A stretch of DNA of 25,919 nucleotides from Actinobacteria bacterium UBA7524 (GTDB taxonomy: Bacteria > Actinomycetota > Coriobacteriia > Anaerosomatales > UBA912), in NCBI GenBank assembly GCA_002478275.1, contig DLMY01000031.1, positions 124,001 to 149,919 on the forward strand. Reading direction: 5' to 3'. This document shows positions 8,441-18,048 of this stretch, in pieces (the first letter of the stretch is position 1; the number at the start of each line of letters is the position of its first letter). The translations under genes were made by a program, and so were the position numbers. A model generated the notes under the pieces. That model was given only the letters and a program-made list of their open reading frames with translations, ran no database searches and had not been told where the DNA came from.

Positions 8441-9318
8441 GTCCAATCATGACCTCCTGCGCGGCACAGACAGCACGGGAACTCGTGCAAGCAGGCGAGA
8501 GTGCTCAGGCGTACTCTGACCTGGGAGTGATTGCTGCCCAGAGGGCTATCGCTGCCTCTGGATTGTCCCCAGACGATATCGGCGCCGTCATCTCCATCAC
8601 CGAGACATCGGACTACCTGGCCCCTCAGGCGGGTGCCTTGCTCGCCCACAGGCTCGGTCTGCGCTCGCAAATGGTCTTGAACCTTAACGATGGATTGGTC
8701 GGGTTCAACCAAGGCATAGCGGCCGCTGGAGTGCTGTTCACTCCGGAGGTAGAAGCGGTATTGCTTGTCACCGGAGAGGTGTTCAGCTCGATGGGTCTGG
8801 AGTCTCCGAGTGACGTCGTTGGCGCGTATGTAGTTCAGGCAGAATCGCAAGGCATGAGCATCGAGGCGCCGGAGTTCCGCTGCTTCGGCGATCTGGCTGA
8901 GGCTTACATGGTGAAGGTGGGCGGCTCTGCTCACAAACTCGACCACGACGCCTTGCAGAGGGGTGAGCATTGTCTCAGAAGGTACACGTCGACCCCCGAG
9001 ACCGTGAATGAGGTCCGATCTTCCGCAGTCGAGCTGGTTCGCGCACGCATAGCTAAGTACCACAGGGGAGAGCGGGTCGGCATCGTGGTGGCTGACGTCT
9101 TCTCGATGTTTGAATCCGGTGACACGGAAGATCCTTGGCAAGTGCTCTCATCGTCGGATGAGTGCGCCTGGCTCGACAAGGAAGCGTTCCTTGGCGGGGC
9201 GACATTGGCGGGAATCTTCGCAGGCCAACAGTGTGTGGAGTCGGCTGATGCGGTCATCGTACTTGAGATCGGACTGGGTGCTCAGGTCAGCTGTTCGTCG
9301 TTGAGGAGGGCGGTGTGA
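8437..9318 (+). CDS. Degenerate FabH/KAS III-fold protein, catalytic residues absent
   Basis: SDLGVIAAQRAIAASGLSPDDIGAVI..T.T.DY..P...LAHRLGL is FabH-like. The Cys site reads LNDGLVGF, and no HQAN or GN motif is present. Confidence 0.72.
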   Translation: MSPIMTSCAAQTARELVQAGESAQAYSDLGVIAAQRAIAASGLSPDDIGAVISITETSDYLAPQAGALLAHRLGLRSQMVLNLNDGLVGFNQGIAAAGVLFTPEVEAVLLVTGEVFSSMGLESPSDVVGAYVVQAESQGMSIEAPEFRCFGDLAEAYMVKVGGSAHKLDHDALQRGEHCLRRYTSTPETVNEVRSSAVELVRARIAKYHRGERVGIVVADVFSMFESGDTEDPWQVLSSSDECAWLDKEAFLGGATLAGIFAGQQCVESADAVIVLEIGLGAQVSCSSLRRAV

Positions 9319-10343
9319 TGGCAGATGGATTCGCTGGGATTCTGGGCACAGGCTGCTACCTGCCTCCTCGTAAGGTAGAAGTGGAGCAAGTGAAGGAACT
9401 GAAGGGGCTCGACCCGCATGTAGCTGGACGGATGGGAACTCGCGCGGTGCACGTCGCTGATTTCGATGACCAACCCAGCATCATGGCTGTCAAGGCGGCG
9501 AGAGCCGCCCTGGAAGATGCGCGGATGAGCCCCACAGATGTAGATCTCATCATTTACTCGTCGGGCTTTCTGCCCGACCATCTCTTCTGGGCAGACTACG
9601 CATTCATTCAGCATGAGCTAGGTGCCGATTTTGCCACCGCTTTCAAGATCGACCAAGGCTGCAACGGGGCGCTGATGTCCCTCGAGGTCGCCCGTTCCTT
9701 CATCGAGAGAGGGGTCTTCAAGACGGTGCTCATCGTATCGTCTGAACGTTGGGAAGAACCGCATATCGACAGGTGGACGGCTTCCCCCTTCTGCTATTAC
9801 AGCGACGGAGCTGGAGCACTGGTGCTCGGCGACGGTGCACCTGGCCGGATCATGGCTACCAGCTTCTTCACTGCCGGTACATACCACCGGACTTCATTCA
9901 TCATGGCTGGCGGCACACGACAGCCTCTCGACCCACTGTTACTGGAGTTAGGCTGGGGACGTTTTGACGGGCAGGTAGCCAGTAGATTCGCGTGGAATGA
10001 CTTCGCCGACAAGCGCGCGTTCCGCAAGTACTTTCTCCAGCAAACGGCTGAACGGCTCAGGCACTCGCTTGAGATCGCAGGCTTGACCCTTGAGGATCTT
10101 GACCTGGTGGTGGGGCAGAATGTCTCCAATATGCTTCTGCGTCTTGTCTGGCACAAGATCGGTATCGAGGAATGCAGGACGACCATGCATATGGCCGAGG
10201 ACGTTGGCCATTTCGGTAGTTCAGACGTCATCATCAATCTGCACAAGGCAAGGACTGACGGCCTGGTTCAAGATGGAAGCATCGTGGGGCTTGTGAGTGC
10301 AGGGACTGGCTACTCTTGGGGTGGGGCGGTGGTGCAGCTGTGA
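9315..10343 (+). CDS. KAS III-family protein, atypical Cys/His-Asp type (start 9315 GTG or 9318 ATG)
   Basis: GAGGAGG RBS. GILGTGCYLP, DQGCNG (Cys), SDGAGA, VVGQNVS where PHQAN is expected, GHFGSSD, SAGTGYSWG. Confidence 0.85.
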   Translation: MMADGFAGILGTGCYLPPRKVEVEQVKELKGLDPHVAGRMGTRAVHVADFDDQPSIMAVKAARAALEDARMSPTDVDLIIYSSGFLPDHLFWADYAFIQHELGADFATAFKIDQGCNGALMSLEVARSFIERGVFKTVLIVSSERWEEPHIDRWTASPFCYYSDGAGALVLGDGAPGRIMATSFFTAGTYHRTSFIMAGGTRQPLDPLLLELGWGRFDGQVASRFAWNDFADKRAFRKYFLQQTAERLRHSLEIAGLTLEDLDLVVGQNVSNMLLRLVWHKIGIEECRTTMHMAEDVGHFGSSDVIINLHKARTDGLVQDGSIVGLVSAGTGYSWGGAVVQL

Positions 10344-11359
10344 GAGTACGTCCACGCGCCGCTATTCGGGGGCTTGGCCATGCGTTGCCTCAGAGGACAG
10401 TGACCAACGAAGAACTCCACGAGCTTCACGGGTTCAATTCTCGCTACATACGGATGGTCTTCGGCGTTCAGGAGAGGGTCTTTCTGGGCGAGGGGGAGCG
10501 TTTCTCTGACCTTGCGGTGACCGCGGGGCGTCGCGCTCTGGAGAACGCAGGCGTTCTCGCCGACGACATCGACTTGCTCATTACCTCATGCTGCTCGTCA
10601 GACAACCTGTTGCCCAAGGCGGGAACTGTGGTCCAGCGGGCGCTGGGTTTGAGTCGGGCACAGGTGGTGAACATCAACGCAGCGTGTAGTGGTCCGAACT
10701 TCGGAATGGGACTGGCGTGGCGCTACATCGCCAATGGGCGATGCACACGGGTGCTCGTAGTCATGGGTGACACACTGAGCGTTTCCAGTTCGGAGGATGA
10801 CATCATGCGGGCGGCTTTCTCGGACGCCGCGAGCGCAGCGGTAGTCGAGGCTGTCTTGGATCCAGAGGTGGGATTCATGGCAGACTCCTACGGATGTGAC
10901 GGAACCCTGCATGAGGCGATGGTTCTCCGTTCCCCAGGGTCGCGGTTCCCTATGAACGAACAGAGATTCTCAGAGGAGTACCACCGAACGTTGAACCAAC
11001 CGGAACTGATGAGCGACGTGATGCCGCTTACGGCGAAGTGGTGCCGGGACTGCTGGGATGATTGCCTGGCGAAGGCCGAATGGACTTCCGCGGATGTGGA
11101 TTTCGTATCACCACATCCTGTTTCGTTGATCCAGATGCGCGCACAGATGGAGGCTCTAGGTCTTGGGATGGACAGGACCCTGATCGTGACAGACGAACTC
11201 GGACACAGCGGTAGCGGGACATCGTTCATCGTGCTGGAACGCGCCGTTGAGCAAGGAATCATCGATGCAGGAAGCCGAGTGTACTGTTTCACGGTTGGCT
11301 CAGGGTTCATATGGGGAGGAATGCTCATGACGTGGAGTCCCGCCGAGGCGTTTTCATGA
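10340..11359 (+). CDS. KAS III-family protein, Cys-His-His type
   Basis: GTGA overlap start. GVQER, NAACSG (Cys), FSDAASA, SPHPV (His), LGHSGS (His in place of Asn), GSGFIWG. Confidence 0.87.
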   Translation: MRVRPRAAIRGLGHALPQRTVTNEELHELHGFNSRYIRMVFGVQERVFLGEGERFSDLAVTAGRRALENAGVLADDIDLLITSCCSSDNLLPKAGTVVQRALGLSRAQVVNINAACSGPNFGMGLAWRYIANGRCTRVLVVMGDTLSVSSSEDDIMRAAFSDAASAAVVEAVLDPEVGFMADSYGCDGTLHEAMVLRSPGSRFPMNEQRFSEEYHRTLNQPELMSDVMPLTAKWCRDCWDDCLAKAEWTSADVDFVSPHPVSLIQMRAQMEALGLGMDRTLIVTDELGHSGSGTSFIVLERAVEQGIIDAGSRVYCFTVGSGFIWGGMLMTWSPAEAFS

Positions 11360-11805
11360 TCTTGGACAAGAGGTCGAAGAACAGCGAGGGCCTCCTTGAT
11401 TCGGACTTGCTGCGAGAGACGCTGATGGGCGCTTGTGAGGCGCTCATGAGCGATGATGATGGTAGAAATAGAGTCCCCGAAGCCCCATTGACGATCTTCC
11501 ATGTGCTGGCTGACCCGGATCTCGAATTCACGCTTCACGCTGCGGAGCGGAATCTCCGGGTGTCGTTTGAGAGGCCGGTAGATCCTGACGTGATCCTGAG
11601 TATGACCGCACACGTCTTCCACGAGATTCAGATGGGCCGACTGAACCCGGTAGAAGCTGGCGTAAGGGGCAAGATGGAGGTCATCGAAGGCGATGCGATG
11701 AGACTGCTTGCTTTGCAGAACATACCCATCAGCGCATTCTACGCTCGCACAGCGCGGACGGTCGGACTGGAACCCGCCACGACGGTCGAAAGCGAGAAGC
11801 GATGA
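11356..11805 (+). CDS. SCP2 sterol/lipid-binding domain protein
   Basis: ATGA overlap start. PDVILSMTAHVFHEIQMGRLNPVEAGVRGKMEVIEGD fits the SCP2 pattern. Confidence 0.75.
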   Translation: MILDKRSKNSEGLLDSDLLRETLMGACEALMSDDDGRNRVPEAPLTIFHVLADPDLEFTLHAAERNLRVSFERPVDPDVILSMTAHVFHEIQMGRLNPVEAGVRGKMEVIEGDAMRLLALQNIPISAFYARTARTVGLEPATTVESEKR

Positions 11806-12482
11806 GTTCTGGTGTCTTGATGCGACTGACAGAAGTGATCAAGACATACGGAGACGGAGTGAAGGTTCCGGCGCTCCGTGGGATCACCCTGGACATCATG
11901 GAGGGCGAGTTTCTCGTATTACTCGGACATAGCGGGTCGGGCAAGAGCACCTTGCTCAACATCGTGGGTGGTGTCGATGGTGCGACATCGGGCCAGGTGC
12001 TGTTCCGGGGAAGCGACCTGGTTTCCGCGTCCGGACGAGAATTGCGACGTTACAGGCGAGAGCATGTTGGTTACGTGTTCCAGTTCTACAACCTGATCGC
12101 ATCCTTGACCGCTCGGGAGAACATACTGTTGGCTGCTGAGATGGTCGGGTCACCCGCGTCCGTGGATGAGTTGATTACCGCCGTGGGACTCGACGAGAAG
12201 GCCAACCGTTTTCCCAGCCATCTATCAGGAGGCGAGCAGCAGCGTGTAGCAATCGCTCGAGCCGTGGTGAAGAGTCCCGATTTGTTGTTGTGTGACGAGC
12301 CTACCGGTGCGCTCGACAGCGGAACCGGAGACAGGGTGATTCAACTCATTCGCGAGCTGAATCTCCAGAGGGGAACGGCTGTCGTAATGGCCACGCACAA
12401 CAGGGATATCGCCACTGTCGCCGACCGTGTCGTTGAGTTAAGAGACGGTCGCATTGTGAATACGTCGGGGCAACCTGCGTGA
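11802..12482 (+). CDS. ABC transporter ATP-binding protein (LolD/MacB type)
   Basis: [46 protein letters not shown]. Confidence 0.93.
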   Translation: MSSGVLMRLTEVIKTYGDGVKVPALRGITLDIMEGEFLVLLGHSGSGKSTLLNIVGGVDGATSGQVLFRGSDLVSASGRELRRYRREHVGYVFQFYNLIASLTARENILLAAEMVGSPASVDELITAVGLDEKANRFPSHLSGGEQQRVAIARAVVKSPDLLLCDEPTGALDSGTGDRVIQLIRELNLQRGTAVVMATHNRDIATVADRVVELRDGRIVNTSGQPA

Positions 12483-14833
12483 CATGGCTACTGATCAGGC
12501 GTCTGCTTCGGGCGTCATGGCGGGTTCGCGGGCAGGTCTTCGTGGCTGTTGCCGTGGTCATGCTCGGCGTCAGCGCTCTCGTGGCCCTTGGCGGCTCATA
12601 TCGCCAATTGGCTGCTTCGAGAGATGCGTTCTACGCTCGCTACCGCATCGCGGACATCACGGTCAACACTCTTGTGGGCTCTCATGACGCCAGGGATCTG
12701 GCGAACGGGATACCCGGCGTGGAGCGGACAGCAGCACGTCTTGTGCTGCCCCTTTCTGCCAACGTGGGTGAAGCTCGCCTGATGCTTGAGGTTAGGACTT
12801 TCGAACCTGAAGCTGACTCGCTCAACGCTCTGCATCTGTATGAAGGGTCGGGTTTGCTGGAATCCGGCATCTACGTCGAACGCAACTTCGCGCGCCATCA
12901 TGGCCTGGAAGTTGGCGATTCAGTGGAGTTGCTGCCGGACAGCGAGGTTGTTCGGCTGACTGTCAGCGGCATCGTGGGTAGCCCGGACGTGGTCTACACG
13001 ATGCGGACCATACAGGACATCGCTCCGCCATTGGATGGATTCGGAGTCGCCTACGTTGGGGAGGCCACGGCGCGCCGGATAGCGGGAGAGCTGCCCGAGG
13101 GTGCTTCGGCTCGAAGCGTCTTGGTTGGGCCGGAGTACAACCAGATTCTTCTTGCAGTGGACAACGGTGTTCGGGTGTCAGAGGTTGCAGAGGACGCCGA
13201 GGAACACTTGTCGAGTCTTCGACCGACGAGAGTGATCAAGAACAGGGATTTGCTGAGCGACATCGTGCTTCGGAACAACATAGACCAGATCGGCGCGGTT
13301 GCAGCGGTTTTTCCGATGATGTTCGTGGTCGTCGCACTGATGCTCATATACGTACTGATTGCACGACTGGTCGAAGCCCAACGTCGCGAGCTCGGAGTTC
13401 TTCTTGCGCTGGGGGTTGGGCACGCGCCGCTGATGCTGTCGTTCATGGCGATACCGGTGTTGATCGGAGGCCTTGGTGCAGTGGCTGGCGTGCTCCTGGG
13501 TGAAAGGCTCGCGACCCTCGCGGTATCGTTCTATGCCTCGTACTTCAACATGCCGGTCATGGGCGGTGTCCAGTCTGTCGGCACACCGTGGCTGGCAATC
13601 ATGTTGATTCTGGTGACGTGCCTGTTCGCCGGCGCTTTGCCGGTCCGGCACATGCTCGCCGTTCAGGTGCCTATCGATTTGCTCAGGCCGCATACCCCCA
13701 CGGCATCCAAGGAGACCGACACGCTTGGCGGCGTGGTACGACGTCTCCCAGTGCGGTGGCGTATCAGTGCGAGATCTCTGCTGCGCAATCATCGTCGCTC
13801 ACGACCGGTGGTATTGGGCTCCGTCGCGAGCATAGTCCTGATCGTCTGCTCAGTCTTCATTCTCGACGGGATGGACTATCTGATGCGAGCGCATTTCAGC
13901 GAGTTCAACCGCCAAGACGTGACAGTTGTCTTCACCGAGATGCAGGAAATTGGCGCAGGACTGCTGTCGGATGAACCTCATGTCGCGCGTGCGGAACCGA
14001 TCTTGGAGCTACCAGTCCGCGTGACTTCGACTCAAGGGTCGCAGACAGTCGTAGGGACAGGGGTATCACCAGGTGCGCACCTGCTCGACCTTGGTGATCG
14101 GCTCCCTGGTCCGGGCGAGGTGATCGTCTCGGAACGCTTGGCGGAGGAACTCTTCCTGACTCCTGGTGATTGGGTCACCGTGGATGTCGCGGGAAACACC
14201 TCGGAGTTTCGTGTGGTAGCCAGGGTCACGCAGCTGGTCGGAACGGGGGCGTACTTCCCGATCGAGTCGTTATCGGAGTTGGCGGACATACCGCCGTCCG
14301 CTACGAAGGCTCTCCTGGAAACCTCCGGTGCGGATATTGCCAGTCTACGCACTTCGCTGATGACGAATCCGGCAATCGGTACCGTGGAGCTGAGGGAAGA
14401 ACAGCGCGATCTCTTCAGGAATACGTACATGGGTGCACTGTACGTGTTCGTGGGGATGGCGGCCTTCTTCGCGTTCACCATGGGCTTCCTCGTTGTGTTC
14501 GGAACGACGTCGATCGACTTAATCGAACGGGCGGCTGACTTCGTGATCCTCAAGACGATCGGGTATTCCGCTGGCGAGATCGCAAGGCAGATGACCATTG
14601 AGAATCTTGTGCTCAGCGTTGAGTCGATGCTGATGGGGATGCCGCTAGCGGTGCTGATGGCCTGGCAGCTTTCGGGGGTGTTCGGTACAGACATCCTGTC
14701 GATGCCTTTCGTCATCTATCCACGGACGATGGTGATAGCCGCTGGTGCCTCTGTGGCGTTCACGGTGCTCGCACAAGCTCGCAACGGCTGGGAGATCGAG
14801 CAGCAAGGGATGACCGGGCAGTTGGCTGAGTGA
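12479..14833 (+). CDS. FtsX/MacB-like ABC permease (duplicated, 784 aa)
   Basis: Two repeats of one TM, a large extracellular domain and three TM; QRRELGVLLALG and ERAADFVILKTIG coupling motifs. Confidence 0.88.
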   Translation: MTWLLIRRLLRASWRVRGQVFVAVAVVMLGVSALVALGGSYRQLAASRDAFYARYRIADITVNTLVGSHDARDLANGIPGVERTAARLVLPLSANVGEARLMLEVRTFEPEADSLNALHLYEGSGLLESGIYVERNFARHHGLEVGDSVELLPDSEVVRLTVSGIVGSPDVVYTMRTIQDIAPPLDGFGVAYVGEATARRIAGELPEGASARSVLVGPEYNQILLAVDNGVRVSEVAEDAEEHLSSLRPTRVIKNRDLLSDIVLRNNIDQIGAVAAVFPMMFVVVALMLIYVLIARLVEAQRRELGVLLALGVGHAPLMLSFMAIPVLIGGLGAVAGVLLGERLATLAVSFYASYFNMPVMGGVQSVGTPWLAIMLILVTCLFAGALPVRHMLAVQVPIDLLRPHTPTASKETDTLGGVVRRLPVRWRISARSLLRNHRRSRPVVLGSVASIVLIVCSVFILDGMDYLMRAHFSEFNRQDVTVVFTEMQEIGAGLLSDEPHVARAEPILELPVRVTSTQGSQTVVGTGVSPGAHLLDLGDRLPGPGEVIVSERLAEELFLTPGDWVTVDVAGNTSEFRVVARVTQLVGTGAYFPIESLSELADIPPSATKALLETSGADIASLRTSLMTNPAIGTVELREEQRDLFRNTYMGALYVFVGMAAFFAFTMGFLVVFGTTSIDLIERAADFVILKTIGYSAGEIARQMTIENLVLSVESMLMGMPLAVLMAWQLSGVFGTDILSMPFVIYPRTMVIAAGASVAFTVLAQARNGWEIEQQGMTGQLAE

Positions 14834-14869
14834 TTGTCGCCTAGGACAGTGAGGAAGGGGAGTACGCAG

Positions 14870-16219
14870 ATGCGCGTTCTGTTAGTTTCGCCACGTGGGG
14901 AGAACGATTACCACGATACGGGTGCATTCGAGAAGGTGGCCAAGGATGTTCTTTTCGCCCCCCTCGGACTGCAGTTGCTTGCTGCGATGACACCCTCAGA
15001 GTACGAAGTCGATATCATCGACGAGAACATCGGCCAGTGCATACCAGGGGGTGTTCATTACGACTTGGTGGGTATCACGACGATGACGCCTCAGACACCG
15101 CGCGCATATCGGATTGCAGATGAACTTAGGGTGAGGGGTATCAAGGTTGTGATGGGGGGTTATCACGTCTCCCTATTGCCTGAGGAAGCCCTCGAACACT
15201 GTGATTCCGTGTGTATCGGTGAAGCGGACTTGCTTTGGCCCCGAATAGTCGAGGACGCACGAGCGGGAAGGCTTCAGTCGACATATCAGGCGGACCAGCT
15301 GGTTGATCTTGCGGAGTTGCCGCGACCGAGGCGTGACCTGTCGCCTAAGAAGTACCGGGCGCAGAACATGGTGCAGACATCGCGCGGCTGCCCATTCAAC
15401 TGCGACTTCTGCAGCGTCGTCAAGTTCTTCGGCCATCGGTACAGGTTCCGTCCCGTCCAAGACGTGATCGAAGAGATCGCCGACCTGAAATCGCAGGGCG
15501 AGCTCAAGGACAACATGGTCTTTTTCGTTGACGACAACATCGTCGGCAACAAGAGGCGAGCTAAGGAGCTCTTCCAGGCATTGATCCCTCTGAAGGTGCG
15601 CTGGATCAGCCAGTGCTCATTAGACATAGCCGACGATGAGGAATTGCTCGATTTGGCGAAGCGCAGCGGTTGTCTGTCATTGCTGATCGGCTTTGAGTCG
15701 GTTGCAGTGGAGTCCCTTGTCGAGATGAACAAGAAGAATGTCAAGCGGCTCAGTTACGAACTGAACATCGCGAAGATTCGGCAAGCGGGGATACTGATCT
15801 TCGGTTTGTTCATCTTCGGTTTTGACAGCGATCCTGATAGCGTCTACGAGGACACGCTGCGGTTCATTGAGCGCAACGGCATAGCCTGTGCAACGTACTC
15901 CGTCCTGACCCCATTTCCCGGAACTGCTTTCTTCGACCGATTCGAGGCCGAAGGGCGCCTTCTGCACAAGAATTGGGCGTACTACGATGTCGCCCACACC
16001 GTTTTCAGTCCTCTCAACGGAACACCCGAGGACTTGCAGCGTGCGTTTTATGACACCGCTCAGCGGACCTACGCATGGGGCTCGATGCTCAAGCGCATCA
16101 TGAAGACGGGCCGGTACGCTCCACTTGCGCTGGCAACCAGTCTCGGAGTCAAGAAGATGTACCGCGAGCTGCCATCCAGGGTATGGCGTGCTCCGAAAGC
16201 GGAAATGCACGAGGCATGA
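14870..16219 (+). CDS. Cobalamin-binding radical SAM protein
   Basis: Purine-rich RBS before ATG 14870. PLGL..LAA, VVMGGYH and IGEAD (B12-binding domain); SRGCPFNCDFC; FVDDN; IGFES; TPFPGT. Confidence 0.92.
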   Translation: MRVLLVSPRGENDYHDTGAFEKVAKDVLFAPLGLQLLAAMTPSEYEVDIIDENIGQCIPGGVHYDLVGITTMTPQTPRAYRIADELRVRGIKVVMGGYHVSLLPEEALEHCDSVCIGEADLLWPRIVEDARAGRLQSTYQADQLVDLAELPRPRRDLSPKKYRAQNMVQTSRGCPFNCDFCSVVKFFGHRYRFRPVQDVIEEIADLKSQGELKDNMVFFVDDNIVGNKRRAKELFQALIPLKVRWISQCSLDIADDEELLDLAKRSGCLSLLIGFESVAVESLVEMNKKNVKRLSYELNIAKIRQAGILIFGLFIFGFDSDPDSVYEDTLRFIERNGIACATYSVLTPFPGTAFFDRFEAEGRLLHKNWAYYDVAHTVFSPLNGTPEDLQRAFYDTAQRTYAWGSMLKRIMKTGRYAPLALATSLGVKKMYRELPSRVWRAPKAEMHEA

Positions 16220-18048
16220 AGACCTCAGTAGATGGAGCTGCAGCCAGGGTCAGTTCCGCGAGGCTGCTTTCTGGAAACGCGGCGGTCGCCGCCGGAGCAT
16301 GGGCTGCAGGGGTGGCCGTCGTGACGGGTTATCCTGGTGCGCCCTGTACCGAGGTACACGAATCTCTCCGTGCACTCTCGCGCACGGAATCAGACCTTTC
16401 CGTTTCCTGGTCAGTGAATGAGAAGGTAGCGCTTGAGATTGCGATTGGGGCGAGTCTGGCAGGTGCGCGCTCGCTCAGCGTGATGAAGACCCTGGGCCTC
16501 AATGTGGCGGCTGACGCCTTCACGCAGATGACGGGTACGCGTCTCGCTGCTGGGTTGGTGCTGGTCGTTGCCGATGATGTCGGTAGGGTTCTTGGAGATG
16601 ATGATCAAGACTGTCGCGAATACGCAGCCATGACGGGGGCGCCTGTTCTTGAGCCGGCCAATCCGAGTGAATGCGTGGCATTCACGATGGAAGCCTTCGA
16701 GATCAGCGAAGCATTCTCGACCCCCGTGATCGTCAGACTGACGTCCGTCACCTGTCGTACGTCCTCCCCCGTGGAGATTCCAGCGGCACGAATTCCGCGC
16801 AGAGTGCCAGAAGTCGGGTTCTCCGGTACACGTACGATAACCAATCTGGTGCGTCACGGTCTTGTCGGACTCGATAGGGACGTTGTGTCCCAGCTGGTTT
16901 TCGATGAGGAGACCATGCTCGGAAGCCTCCAGGAGCTCGTTAACGCTTCAGCCTACAATGTGGCTGAGCCTGGACAGGGCCGCGTGGGGCTGATAGCCAC
17001 AGGAATTGCTGCCAGCTATGCAAGAGAAGCGTTCCCCGATCTGCCTATGCTTAAGCTTGGGATATCCTGGCCTCTTCCGATCCGAAAAGCCAGGGAGTTC
17101 TCGAAAGGGCTGGATGCGGTCGTCGTTCTTGAGGACGGGCATCCGGTGGTTGAACGTGGGCTGCGTGCTGCGAACCTTGACGTGCGAGGACGGGACCTCG
17201 TTGAGAGGCACCCTGCTCATCCGTGTCTGTCTCCTGAGGTGATCAGAGATGCTCTCGTCAAGGCGTTTGCAGACCTTGAGGGCAGCACGCCGTTGTTGCA
17301 GTCTCCAGGCACCCCGTTGCCTGCTACGGCCCCTAGGCTCACCTCGAATTGCTCAGGGTGTCCTCACCTGTTCGTTTTTCGCGTCTTGCGCGAACTGGAG
17401 GTCGCTGTTGCCGCAGGCATAGGCTGCTGTGCGATTGGATCCAGCCCGCACGTGGGGGTGGTGGACATCCTGAAATGCATGGGCGCGCCACCAGGTGTCG
17501 CAGCTGGCTGGCAGCTGGCTGGCGGACGCCCCATCGTCGCCCTGATAGGTGATGGCGAGTTCTGGCATACGGGCATCATGGGATTGATCGATGCCGTGGC
17601 CACCGAGAACCCTATCACGATGATCATCGTGGAGAACGAGGTGGTTGCGATGACCGGCGGTCAACCGCACCCGTCGAGTCCGGCAAGGCGGGGGGGCACA
17701 AGGCTCTCGATTGCCGGAATCGTTGCCGCCCTCGGGGTCGATGACGTCAAGGTCGTTGACACATACGATCTGGCTGCCTTGAGAATCGCGGTTGCAGACG
17801 CTGTTGCTGAGCCGCGTCTCTCCGTTGTGGTCGCGCGGACCCCTTGCCCAACGCGCTTGAAGGGATTGAACAACGAAAGGGCCGCACTGGATGCGGATGC
17901 CTGCTCACAGTGCAGAGATTGCCTCACTCTTGGCTGCCCGTCGATCACCGTTCGAGAAGGTAGACCCTCTCTTGTCGGCGAGTCCTGTGTCGGGTGCGGA
18001 CTGTGTGTGGTGACGTGTCCGTCAGGGGCGATAGGGTGGTGCAGATGA
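16216..18048 (+). CDS. iorA: Indolepyruvate:ferredoxin oxidoreductase alpha subunit-like (ThDP, FeS), divergent
   Basis: ATGA overlap. LSGNAAVA, GYPGAP, SVNEKVALE, GLNVAAD, CSGCPH, IGC, CMG, GDG..N ThDP motif, AMTGGQPHP, and a C-terminal ferredoxin (CSQCRDC...CP, CVGCGLC...CP). Confidence 0.88.
   Translation: MKTSVDGAAARVSSARLLSGNAAVAAGAWAAGVAVVTGYPGAPCTEVHESLRALSRTESDLSVSWSVNEKVALEIAIGASLAGARSLSVMKTLGLNVAADAFTQMTGTRLAAGLVLVVADDVGRVLGDDDQDCREYAAMTGAPVLEPANPSECVAFTMEAFEISEAFSTPVIVRLTSVTCRTSSPVEIPAARIPRRVPEVGFSGTRTITNLVRHGLVGLDRDVVSQLVFDEETMLGSLQELVNASAYNVAEPGQGRVGLIATGIAASYAREAFPDLPMLKLGISWPLPIRKAREFSKGLDAVVVLEDGHPVVERGLRAANLDVRGRDLVERHPAHPCLSPEVIRDALVKAFADLEGSTPLLQSPGTPLPATAPRLTSNCSGCPHLFVFRVLRELEVAVAAGIGCCAIGSSPHVGVVDILKCMGAPPGVAAGWQLAGGRPIVALIGDGEFWHTGIMGLIDAVATENPITMIIVENEVVAMTGGQPHPSSPARRGGTRLSIAGIVAALGVDDVKVVDTYDLAALRIAVADAVAEPRLSVVVARTPCPTRLKGLNNERAALDADACSQCRDCLTLGCPSITVREGRPSLVGESCVGCGLCVVTCPSGAIGWCR

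Noticed and set aside
6301..16219. Ladderane, aryl-polyene or type II PKS cluster
   Set aside because: No ACP, FabB/F-type ketosynthase, FabG or FabZ; all condensing enzymes are KAS III-fold.
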